This document shows, in pieces, positions 1 to 8,093 of a stretch of DNA of 33,211 nucleotides (position 1 is the stretch's first letter; each line of letters starts with the position of its first letter). A program made the position numbers and the translations under genes. The stretch covers positions 1-33,211 of the forward strand of contig JAKQQL010000125.1 in assembly GCA_029564175.1 (NCBI GenBank). Reading direction: 5' to 3'. Origin of the DNA: Candidatus Cloacimonadota bacterium (lineage in GTDB: Bacteria > Cloacimonadota > Cloacimonadia > Cloacimonadales > WRIO01). The notes beneath the pieces were generated by a model, which saw only the letters and a program-made list of their open reading frames with translations, made no database searches and was not told the origin of the DNA.

Positions 1-2
1 AT

Positions 3-326
3 GTCAATATCCTGATCCCTACGCATTTTAATTATCTGTCAAATGATGAAATGATTAAGTCATTTATTCTTCGGTACAAGCAGTTATACCGTGAAGAACC
101 GAATTTCTTTTCCGTCTTAGCTTATGATTCGACGATGCTGATTATTCAAGCCATGGAAAACTGTAACGAAATAACCCGTGAAAATATTGCAGTAGAATTG
201 TCTGCTATAAAAAACTATAATGGTATCAGTGGACACCTGACCTGTCAGTACAATGGTGAATTTACAGGCAACAACATTTATCTGCTTACAATAAAAAATG
301 GAAAGCTATGTCTGATCGATCAATAA
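3..326 (+). CDS. ABC transporter substrate-binding protein, LivK/LivJ-like periplasmic binding fold (5'-truncated by window edge)
   Basis: The frame is open from position 3 (VNILIPTHFNYLSNDEMIKSF...). C-terminal motifs typical of type I branched-chain-amino-acid binding proteins are present: F..RY...Y.EEP, AYDS..L...A, Y.GISG.L.....G. Confidence 0.7.
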   Translation, partial: VNILIPTHFNYLSNDEMIKSFILRYKQLYREEPNFFSVLAYDSTMLIIQAMENCNEITRENIAVELSAIKNYNGISGHLTCQYNGEFTGNNIYLLTIKNGKLCLIDQ

Positions 327-387
327 TCGTCTTTACTGAGCGAGTAAAAATTAATGAATTCTACAAGCAAGATAGTAGGACAAGCTA

Positions 388-628
388 TCTGCTTACTAAA
401 TTATCTTTTTCGCAAGCTGGTAGCCTGCGCTACAATCTGCTTACTAAATTATTTTTTTCGCAAGCTGGTAGCTTGCGGTACAATCTGCTTGCCAAATTAT
501 CTTTTTCGCAAGCTGGTAGCTTGCGGTACAACCTGCTTGCTAAATTATTTTTTTCACAAGCTGGTAGCTTGGGCTACATTCTACTTACTAAATTATTTTT
601 TTCGCAAGCTGGTAGCTTGCGCTACAAC
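388..628. repeat. Tandem array of five 48-bp units, each containing a REP-like palindrome
   Basis: (G/A)CAAGCTGGTAGC recurs at 412, 460, 508, 556 and 604, an exact 48-bp period. On the minus strand each unit reads GTA(G/C)-CGCAAGCT-ACC-AGCTTGCG. The same family forms the arrays at 20236, 22031 and 32966. Confidence 0.93.
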
Positions 629-660
629 TTGTAGTACAGGGATAGAGAAAGTGTGAAATA

Positions 661-1530
661 ATGGAAGAATTAAAGAGACATATTCAGAACAGCCCAGGCA
701 CAAACAGCAGTTACAGAATTATTTGGATTGTATTGCTAACCATTTTTCTGTTAATCAGCGGTTTGTTGTTATGGGGCTTTTTAGGGGTTGTGGACATCAA
801 TCTCAATGCAGAGGGAATGCTGGTTTCAGATGGCGGATTTTATTCTTTATATTCACATACAAACGGGCAGATTTATGACATCAGTGTTAAAACTGGTGAT
901 TATGTTAAAAAGGGTGATATTATCGCCCGCATTGATAAGCCTGAATTTATTGAACAGATTACGCAGTTAAAACTGCGGAAACATACAGAGCAAGAAGTTC
1001 ATACACTCCAACAGAAGTTTTTTAATGAAAGTACAATCATCTCCGGAGAGCAGGGTAAAGTCATAGAAAGCGTCTTAAAAGGGACTTATGTGAACAAGGG
1101 AGATCAGATTATCAGGATTTCACGTTCTGGCGAGACAATAAAGGATCTTGTAGCCGTTTTATATTATCCTATTGAACAAGGTAAAAATATCAGTACCGGT
1201 ATGAGATGTAAAATATCGCCCAGTACGGTTTCAAAGGAAGAATATGGTTATCTGACAGGGGTAGTTGTCAGTGTTTCAGAATTCCCTGTAAATGAAAAAA
1301 GAATTTTTGATTTTACAGGCAATGCAACGCTTGCAGAGAATTATGCCCAGAGAATTGTTTTGGAAGTTATCGTGGATCTGAACCCCTCAGAATATACAAA
1401 ATCAGGTTATCAATGGACTTCATCCAAAGGACCTGCGATGAAGATTGAACCCGGCACACTTTGTGATGGCAATATTGTTATCAGAAAAATGAGACCTATT
1501 GAATTCATTATACCAAATTTAAAATTATGA
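661..1530 (+). CDS. NHLM/NHLP bacteriocin system secretion protein (HlyD-family adaptor, short form)
   Basis: Single N-terminal TM (IIWIVLL...LLWGFLG), a split lipoyl-like domain (GQIYDISVKTGDYVKKGDIIARI), and the NHLM-HlyD hallmarks PSTVSKEEYGYLTG, SGYQWTSSKGP and RPIEFIIP. Overlaps the next gene by ATGA. Confidence 0.9.
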   Translation: MEELKRHIQNSPGTNSSYRIIWIVLLTIFLLISGLLLWGFLGVVDINLNAEGMLVSDGGFYSLYSHTNGQIYDISVKTGDYVKKGDIIARIDKPEFIEQITQLKLRKHTEQEVHTLQQKFFNESTIISGEQGKVIESVLKGTYVNKGDQIIRISRSGETIKDLVAVLYYPIEQGKNISTGMRCKISPSTVSKEEYGYLTGVVVSVSEFPVNEKRIFDFTGNATLAENYAQRIVLEVIVDLNPSEYTKSGYQWTSSKGPAMKIEPGTLCDGNIVIRKMRPIEFIIPNLKL

Positions 1531-3668
1531 AGATAAAAAAAACACCCACCATGCTTCAGATTGAGACTGTCGAATGCGGAGCCGTCAGTCTTGGAATCAT
1601 ACTCGCTTATCATGGTAAGTATCTCAGCAATGAGGAATTACGAGTAGAATGTTCAGTAAACAGGAATGGCAGTAATGCCCTGAATATCGTTAAAGTAGCA
1701 AAAAAGTTTGGTTTAGATGCCAAAGGATTCAGAGCTTCTGTTAATCAGTTAGCTGAAAAGACCTTCCCTGCAATCATTTTCTGGAAGAGAAATCATTTTA
1801 TCGTACTGGAAGGCATCAAGAATAAAAAGTATTATGTGAATGATCCCGCTTCAGGGCACAGAGTACTGGACGAAAAGGAATTCTCGGAAAACTACTCTGA
1901 AGTGATAATCTGTTTCCAAAAAACGAGTGCATTTGTAAAATCCAAAAAGTCTGTTAATGAACAGGCATATTTAATACAGGCCTTAAAAAAAATCCCAAAG
2001 CAAACCTATCTTTTTATATGTATTTCCGGATTTATTCTCAGTATTATCGGCTTGATCATACCTGCGTTTAATCGTATCTTTATTGATATGATTTTAATCC
2101 CCCAAAAGAAGGGCGATTTAAAATTCCTTCTGCTTTTTATGTTTTTTACGGCTATCGTTTTTGGTATCACCAACTGGTTATATGAAAAAACCCTTTTAAG
2201 ACTCAAGATAGAGGGAGCTGTTCAAAACACATTTCAATTTATCCACAAAATTCTCCGGCTTCCAGGCAGCTTTTATGAACAACGATACAGTGGCAGTATC
2301 GTTAATTGCATTAATTCAACCGATAACGTATCAGGCTTTGTGGTGAATGATTTACTCAAGCCGGTGGTTGAGTTTATTTTTTCAGGTTTTTATCTGCTTT
2401 TGATGTTTTACTACAATGTAAATCTGAGTATTCTGAGTTTATCTCTGATGTTGCTGAATATGTTTCTGGTGCATTATACTTCAAAACTTATCAATGAGGA
2501 ATATACGATTCTTTTTAATGATGAAAACAAACTCTATGGCATTGCACTGGCAGGAATCAATTCCATAGAGACTCTAAAGGCAAATGGACAGGAAAATAAT
2601 CTTTTCTTAAGATTAGCTGAACAATATACACTAATTCAGAACAGAATTCACGGATTAAATATTAAACAAAAGCTTATTAAAGGCATCCCAGCCATGAGTG
2701 AATTGCTATCTGTTTTAATGTTACTGTTTATCGGTGGTTTGAAGATAATGGAAGGCTCTTTGTCTATCGGTACTTTTATCGCTTTTCAGACTTTGATGGT
2801 CAGTTTTTACAAACCTTTGCAAAAAATGATCAACACGGTTTTCACTTATCAAATGTTAAAAGCCGATCAAAAGAGACTTGAAGACATATACCATTATCCG
2901 GAAGACAAGTATTTAGACAGAAAAGCATTCGATGCGAATCAGTTTAAAAAATTATCAGGCAGAGTTGAAATTAAAAATCTGTCGTTTACGTATGATAAAC
3001 TGGAAGAAGCATTTATTTCAGACTTTAATTTAGTCATTGAACCAGGTAAACGAATTGCGCTTGTTGGCTACTCCGGAAGTGGAAAATCAACGATTGGTAA
3101 ATTGATAGCCGGACTCCTTCAGCCTGTCTCAGGAGAAATTCTCTTTGACAATATGCCGGCAAAAGACATCCCCCTTGAAGTGATTCAATCCTCATTAGCC
3201 TATGCTGAACAGGAAGTGAATATGTTTTCAGGCAGTATTAAAGATAATATCACGCTCTGGAATGAGTATATTGATGAAGAGGCACTTATAAAATCAGCAA
3301 AAGATGCATGTCTGCATGATGAAGTCACGCTGTTGAAAGATAAATATGAAACGATTCTGCAGGAAAACGGTCGAAACCTGAGTGGTGGAATCAGGCAACG
3401 ACTCGAAATCGCCAGATGTCTGTATTCGCAACCTTCCATTTTGATTTTAGATGAAGCCACTTCAGCTGTGGATTCAAAAACAGAAGCTGAAATCGACCTG
3501 AACCTCAGAAAAAGAGGCTGCACAAGTATTGTTATTTCACACCGTTTGAGCACTATTCGTGATTGTGATGAAATCATTGTGTTGTCTAAAGGCAAGGTTG
3601 TTCAACGCGGTAAACATGAAGATTTAATAAAAGAACAGGGTCTTTACACCCTCTTGACAGAAGTATAG
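1527..3668 (+). CDS. NHLM/NHLP bacteriocin ABC transporter with C39 peptidase, permease and ATPase domains
   Basis: Intact C39 catalytic motifs (QIETVECG, HFIVLEG, VNDPASG), a TM domain, Walker A GYSGSGKST, signature LSGGIRQR and Walker B ILDEATS. Confidence 0.95.
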   Translation: MKIKKTPTMLQIETVECGAVSLGIILAYHGKYLSNEELRVECSVNRNGSNALNIVKVAKKFGLDAKGFRASVNQLAEKTFPAIIFWKRNHFIVLEGIKNKKYYVNDPASGHRVLDEKEFSENYSEVIICFQKTSAFVKSKKSVNEQAYLIQALKKIPKQTYLFICISGFILSIIGLIIPAFNRIFIDMILIPQKKGDLKFLLLFMFFTAIVFGITNWLYEKTLLRLKIEGAVQNTFQFIHKILRLPGSFYEQRYSGSIVNCINSTDNVSGFVVNDLLKPVVEFIFSGFYLLLMFYYNVNLSILSLSLMLLNMFLVHYTSKLINEEYTILFNDENKLYGIALAGINSIETLKANGQENNLFLRLAEQYTLIQNRIHGLNIKQKLIKGIPAMSELLSVLMLLFIGGLKIMEGSLSIGTFIAFQTLMVSFYKPLQKMINTVFTYQMLKADQKRLEDIYHYPEDKYLDRKAFDANQFKKLSGRVEIKNLSFTYDKLEEAFISDFNLVIEPGKRIALVGYSGSGKSTIGKLIAGLLQPVSGEILFDNMPAKDIPLEVIQSSLAYAEQEVNMFSGSIKDNITLWNEYIDEEALIKSAKDACLHDEVTLLKDKYETILQENGRNLSGGIRQRLEIARCLYSQPSILILDEATSAVDSKTEAEIDLNLRKRGCTSIVISHRLSTIRDCDEIIVLSKGKVVQRGKHEDLIKEQGLYTLLTEV

Positions 3669-3671
3669 AAT

Positions 3672-6332
3672 ATGAATATAGACAATCACTTAAAACAAAA
3701 CGCATTTTCAAGCAATTCCTCTGAACGATTTATCGTCAAGCCGGAAAGACTATATTTCTGTCTCGAAGGCAGAGCCGATATTTTTATTTCTGTGAATGAA
3801 GCGAATACCAATGTATTCGATACTGGTCAAATTTCATATATTTGTAGTGTCAATCCGGGTGAAATGTTTTGCCTGAGCTCGCAAACTAAAGATTTACCGA
3901 CAATTTATGCACGCTGTATAAACTTTTCAAAGCTTAGTGTGCTAGATCCCTCAAATGAAGTCTATGAGCCGTTTAAAAAATCAGATGATTATCATACACT
4001 TATCCATATATGGCACAATCACTTAATTGAAAACCTGAATGCGGTACACTATAATTACGTCAAAGATTTTATAGATGATACCGATGACTATCATAATAAA
4101 GAGAGATTCATTCTCAATACGGTTATTCAGAATGAGAAGGATAAGAATAGAAAGCATCTGGAGAATCTGTCAAATACCTTTGAAAATGACAGACTGCTGT
4201 ACAAAAAATCTGCCATTGAACTGACCAGCCTGATGTCTGATAAAACAGGCTCTGAGCAGGATTTGGTTTTAGTCAATGAATCAGCGCTTATTAATGCCTG
4301 TAAGATATTGTGTCATCATCTTCATATTGAGTTTACGACCATACATGATTTGGAAATTGAAAAAGTAAAGCAGAAAATTGATTATATTGCCAATAAAGCA
4401 GATTTTAAAATCAGAGAATTTAACCTTGAAGAAGACTGGTGGAAGAACGACTTAGGTTCCTTTTTAGGCTTTAATCAAAAGAATGAACCTTGTGTATTGA
4501 TTTCCAGAGAAAATAATGCCTATGACTGTATTAATGCGCAAAGTAATGAAAAATACAAGATAACACATTCCAATTATTCTGAAATCAGACTAAATGGCTA
4601 TTACTTTTATCGCCCTTTTCCAAAAACCAAAGTAACCTTGTTGAGTCTGTTCCGGTTTTCAGCATCAGCATTGAGTTTTCGTCTGCTTCTGCCAATCATC
4701 AGCACCGGTATCATTGCTGGTTTACTGAGTGCGTTAATCCCCGTTATTACCGGTTCAGTCATAGATACACACATCCCTGAACGCGATTATCAGCAGTTTT
4801 ATCTGATTTTTATATTGTTTGTTTCTGTGGGTGTGAGTGCTGTTTTGTTTAATGTGATAAAATCTCTCGCTGTTGGAAAGATTGAATTTAAACTCGACAA
4901 TCTGCTTCAATCAGCCTTATGGAGCAGACTGGTAGATTTACCGGTTTCATTTTTCAGAAAATACTCTTCCGGAGAGATCGGGAAAAAGGTATTGAGTTTT
5001 TATCAGATAAAAATCATCATTTCCAGTATATTGACAGATACGCTGTTAAGTTTTTGTTTTTCAATCTTTTATCTGTTGGTCTTATTCTTCTATAACAGCG
5101 AAATGGCAATCTATGCGATCAGTCTGTCAGCAATTCTGCTGGTTTTTATGATGATCAATGGTGCCTTGCAGATTAAATTTGGGATAAAAAAAATCTATTT
5201 CTCCGAGCAACTGATGAGCTTTTTGTCAGATATTATCAATGGAATAGGCAAAATCAGATTAAACGGTGCAGAAAAGAGAGTTTTTTATCATTGGGGTCAA
5301 AAGTATAAGAACCTGAAAAAGTATGAAATCCTGTATCAAAAACTACAACTCTTTAATAGTAGTTTTATGAGTATTTTTGCCATTGTCAGTTCAATGCTTG
5401 TTTTCTGGCTGACCATGCAAAAAGAAAAACTGTCTGTAGGTGATTTTATTGCCTTTAACAGTTCATTTATCTCTTTTCAAATGATTCTGCTTTCATTAAG
5501 CAGTACAACCATCAGCATCAGCTATATCTATGCCATTCTTCAAAACATCAAACCTGTTTTGGAAGAAATCCCCGAGAAAAATAACAGCAATACCGAAATC
5601 GAATCGATTAAGGGTGATATTGAGCTTTCCAATGTCAATTTCCGTTATTCAGGGAGTAGTGATTTGGTCATCAAGGACTTTTCCCTAAAGATACAGGATG
5701 GTGAATATGTCGCAATTGTCGGGTCATCCGGAAGCGGAAAGTCAACGCTTTTCAGGTTAATGCTTGGTTTTGAAAAGGCAGAAAGTGGTAAGATTTACAT
5801 TTCAAATTATGACTTGGAAAAAGCAGATATGGTGAGTCTCAGAAAGCAAACAGGGGTTGTTTTGCAAAATGGCAGACTGCTACCCGGAGATATACTGAGT
5901 AATATTAAGGGCAATAATCCGGATATCAGCGAAGAAGATGTCTGGAAAGCGTGTGAAATGGCAGAGATTAAAAAGGATATTGAAGAGATGCCTATGAAAC
6001 TCTTTACCAATATTGATGAAAAATCAGCCACGATTTCCGGAGGGCAAAAGCAAAGAATACTGATAGCGAAAGCACTAATTCATCAGCCAAAAATCCTGCT
6101 TCTCGATGAAGCAACCAGCGCACTTGACAACTATACCCAGAAAATGCTGACTCAAACACTCAGCAAGCTTAAATGCACCCGAATAGTCATTGCTCATCGC
6201 TTAAGTACGGTCATCGACTGTGAAAAGATAATCGTTCTGGAAAAAGGCAGAATTGTTGAGCAGGGGAATTATAAAACACTGATGGAGAAAAAGGGCAGAT
6301 TCTATGATTTGGTTGAAAGACAGATATTGTGA
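3672..6332 (+). CDS. NHLM bacteriocin system second ABC transporter (inactive C39-like domain, permease, ATPase)
   Basis: N-terminal extension, a pseudo-peptidase region lacking the catalytic Cys motif (LEEDWWKNDLG, FYRPFP typical of NHLM ABC2), Walker A GSSGSGKST, ISGGQKQR, LLDEATS and C-terminal FYDLVERQI. Confidence 0.93.
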   Translation: MNIDNHLKQNAFSSNSSERFIVKPERLYFCLEGRADIFISVNEANTNVFDTGQISYICSVNPGEMFCLSSQTKDLPTIYARCINFSKLSVLDPSNEVYEPFKKSDDYHTLIHIWHNHLIENLNAVHYNYVKDFIDDTDDYHNKERFILNTVIQNEKDKNRKHLENLSNTFENDRLLYKKSAIELTSLMSDKTGSEQDLVLVNESALINACKILCHHLHIEFTTIHDLEIEKVKQKIDYIANKADFKIREFNLEEDWWKNDLGSFLGFNQKNEPCVLISRENNAYDCINAQSNEKYKITHSNYSEIRLNGYYFYRPFPKTKVTLLSLFRFSASALSFRLLLPIISTGIIAGLLSALIPVITGSVIDTHIPERDYQQFYLIFILFVSVGVSAVLFNVIKSLAVGKIEFKLDNLLQSALWSRLVDLPVSFFRKYSSGEIGKKVLSFYQIKIIISSILTDTLLSFCFSIFYLLVLFFYNSEMAIYAISLSAILLVFMMINGALQIKFGIKKIYFSEQLMSFLSDIINGIGKIRLNGAEKRVFYHWGQKYKNLKKYEILYQKLQLFNSSFMSIFAIVSSMLVFWLTMQKEKLSVGDFIAFNSSFISFQMILLSLSSTTISISYIYAILQNIKPVLEEIPEKNNSNTEIESIKGDIELSNVNFRYSGSSDLVIKDFSLKIQDGEYVAIVGSSGSGKSTLFRLMLGFEKAESGKIYISNYDLEKADMVSLRKQTGVVLQNGRLLPGDILSNIKGNNPDISEEDVWKACEMAEIKKDIEEMPMKLFTNIDEKSATISGGQKQRILIAKALIHQPKILLLDEATSALDNYTQKMLTQTLSKLKCTRIVIAHRLSTVIDCEKIIVLEKGRIVEQGNYKTLMEKKGRFYDLVERQIL

Positions 6333-7321
6333 TTTTTCAGAAAATTAATCATACGAATAGCTCAGCACTTTTGTTTATACCCAACCTGCTGAAAGGCTTT
6401 TATTTACAAGTTTATCTAAAATGCGTGGCAAAGCAGGAAGCTCAGGCTTTGTTGTTATATGTGGATTCCAAACCGGTAACGTTATTGATTTATGGAGAAC
6501 ACAAACGAAATTCAGTGAGTCTCTTATATCTCTTCACCGATGAACAGTACAGGCATAAAGGCTATGCCAAAGCCTTGTTTTCACACTTCTGTCAGTTAAC
6601 TCGAACTGCGAGCATCCTGCTTGCAGAAAAATCCGGCTACAAGCAAGATGCTTGTAGTACGGAAAACATAGAAGAATACACCTGGCATTACATCATTTTG
6701 AGTCTCATGGATGATCAACCCTATATTCAACAAATTATCAACACTTACCCCATCCGTAAAATGAATCAATCAAAATTTGTCTATTCGACCCTTTTTAATG
6801 AAACAAATTTGAGCTCTTTCAATCGATTTTTGCTTAAATATTATGGGAAACTGTTAAAATTGCCTGCGGATTATCATTTGAAAAGTTTATCTGATTTAAG
6901 TGGCACAGAACGTCAACATATACAGGATTTAAAACAAAACCTTGAATCAGATGTTTTTTATCCCTTAAATGATGAGTTTATGACAGGGTCAAACCCTTCA
7001 ATGATTATTTTAAAAGAGAGTATTCCGCTTGCCTGGATAACGTTCAGGCAATTTGGCTCTAATGCCATGTATATTCATAGTCTTTATGTGATGAATGATT
7101 ACAGAAACGCAGGCTTCCCTGTATTTTTAATCTATCATTCACTCAATCAATTACCCATAATCTGTAAGTATCTGAGTTTCTATATCAGACCGGATAATCA
7201 TAAAATAAAGAAAATTATTGACAGATTCAATTTTATACATTTTACTGTTAAAAGAGAAGAAACTTTTGAAATAACATGTAACAGGAGGGATGATGACCAG
7301 CGAATTACAGAAGATATTTAA
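6329..7321 (+). CDS. Tandem (two-domain) GNAT-family N-acyltransferase
   Basis: Two GNAT motif-A-like segments, LYLFTDEQYRHKGYAKAL and IHSLYVMNDYRNAGFP, the second followed by a C-terminal N..I...... F motif. The GTG start overlaps the upstream stop (GTGA). Confidence 0.75.
   Translation: MIFQKINHTNSSALLFIPNLLKGFYLQVYLKCVAKQEAQALLLYVDSKPVTLLIYGEHKRNSVSLLYLFTDEQYRHKGYAKALFSHFCQLTRTASILLAEKSGYKQDACSTENIEEYTWHYIILSLMDDQPYIQQIINTYPIRKMNQSKFVYSTLFNETNLSSFNRFLLKYYGKLLKLPADYHLKSLSDLSGTERQHIQDLKQNLESDVFYPLNDEFMTGSNPSMIILKESIPLAWITFRQFGSNAMYIHSLYVMNDYRNAGFPVFLIYHSLNQLPIICKYLSFYIRPDNHKIKKIIDRFNFIHFTVKREETFEITCNRRDDDQRITEDI
6601..6662. repeat. Inverted REP-like doublet embedded in frame in the GNAT gene
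   Basis: The left arm CTGCGAGCA-TCC-TGCTTGCAG and right arm CTACAAGCA-AGA-TGCTTGTAG-TACG are each palindromic and mutually inverted. 6606-6631 is identical to intergenic 16415-16440. Confidence 0.85.
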
Positions 7322-7541
7322 AGATTGTGAACAAAAATACGGGAAATCATGGATTAATGATATAATGTTACTTACAACAAAAGAGGAATTGGATAATCAG
7401 TTAAAACAATACGAATTGATTTTATCGGCAGAACTTCTGGATGAAGCCTTTAACCTCTTAATAAATGCCGGTAATCCTGAATTGACTGATGATGAATTAT
7501 TGACTGTCAGTGGCGGTGTCCACAGAGATGATAAACCCTAA
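7293..7541 (+). CDS. Nif11-like double-glycine leader RiPP precursor 1 (predicted core VHRDDKP)
   Basis: SD AGGAGG at 7283-7288. ELTDDELLTVSGG is a C39 cleavage motif. The leader aligns without gaps to the leader of precursor 2 when started at the second Met (7293; the ORF track uses 7290). Confidence 0.85.
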   Translation: MTSELQKIFKDCEQKYGKSWINDIMLLTTKEELDNQLKQYELILSAELLDEAFNLLINAGNPELTDDELLTVSGGVHRDDKP

Positions 7542-7567
7542 ATACAAAAAATATAAAGGAGCGTAAA

Positions 7568-7906
7568 ATGGAAGAAGATATAAGAAATCTCATTCTGGCT
7601 TATGAGAAAAAAGTTGGCAGTGAATGGTTTAATCATATTGCTAAGGCACAATCTAAAGAAGAATTAATCAGTATCTTAAAGAAAGATGATTTTTATCTGA
7701 CTCCTGAACAGGCAGAATATGCATTTAATTACTTGCTAAATAACAGACAAGATGAGTTATCAGAGAGTGAATTAATGTTTATCAGTGGTGGTGGTACAAG
7801 TCAACCGACCAGCCCAAATAGAAATCTAGCCTGCCCAATGTATCATAACTGTTCAATGTCTTCATGTCTTGAATGTCCTAATGCTCACGGCTCTGGAGGA
7901 AAATAG
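7568..7906 (+). CDS. Nif11-like double-glycine leader RiPP precursor 2 (37-aa Cys-rich core)
   Basis: SD AAGGAG. Contains KAQSKEELISILKK (Nif11-like) and the cleavage motif ELSESELMFISGG. Core is GTSQPTSPNRNLACPMYHNCSMSSCLECPNAHGSGGK. Confidence 0.88.
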   Translation: MEEDIRNLILAYEKKVGSEWFNHIAKAQSKEELISILKKDDFYLTPEQAEYAFNYLLNNRQDELSESELMFISGGGTSQPTSPNRNLACPMYHNCSMSSCLECPNAHGSGGK

Positions 7907-8045
7907 AAACAAAAAAAAGGAAATCCCTATTTGCCTTGTCGATTTCATATACTTTTTGGAATTTAGTGATAATCTGAAATCTTTAAGATCAGCATCATCT
8001 GAATTAAATAATCTTTCTAATACTGAGCTTTCACAGTTTAATAGT

Positions 8046-8081
8046 AAAACAGGATGGCACATGAGTGCCATCCTGTTTTTT
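8046..8081. terminator. Bidirectional intrinsic terminator between the RiPP locus and convergent PMM/PGM
   Basis: AAAACAGGATGGCAC-ATGA-GTGCCATCCTGTTTT forms a perfect 15-bp stem with A/T tails on both sides. Confidence 0.85.
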
Positions 8082-8093
8082 ATGAAGAAATCT

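Noticed and set aside
308..656. ORFs 308..634 and 354..656 as multi-core RiPP precursors
   Set aside because: The peptide repeats are a by-product of a 48-bp REP array whose DNA family occurs in non-coding arrays elsewhere. There is no leader or GG motif.
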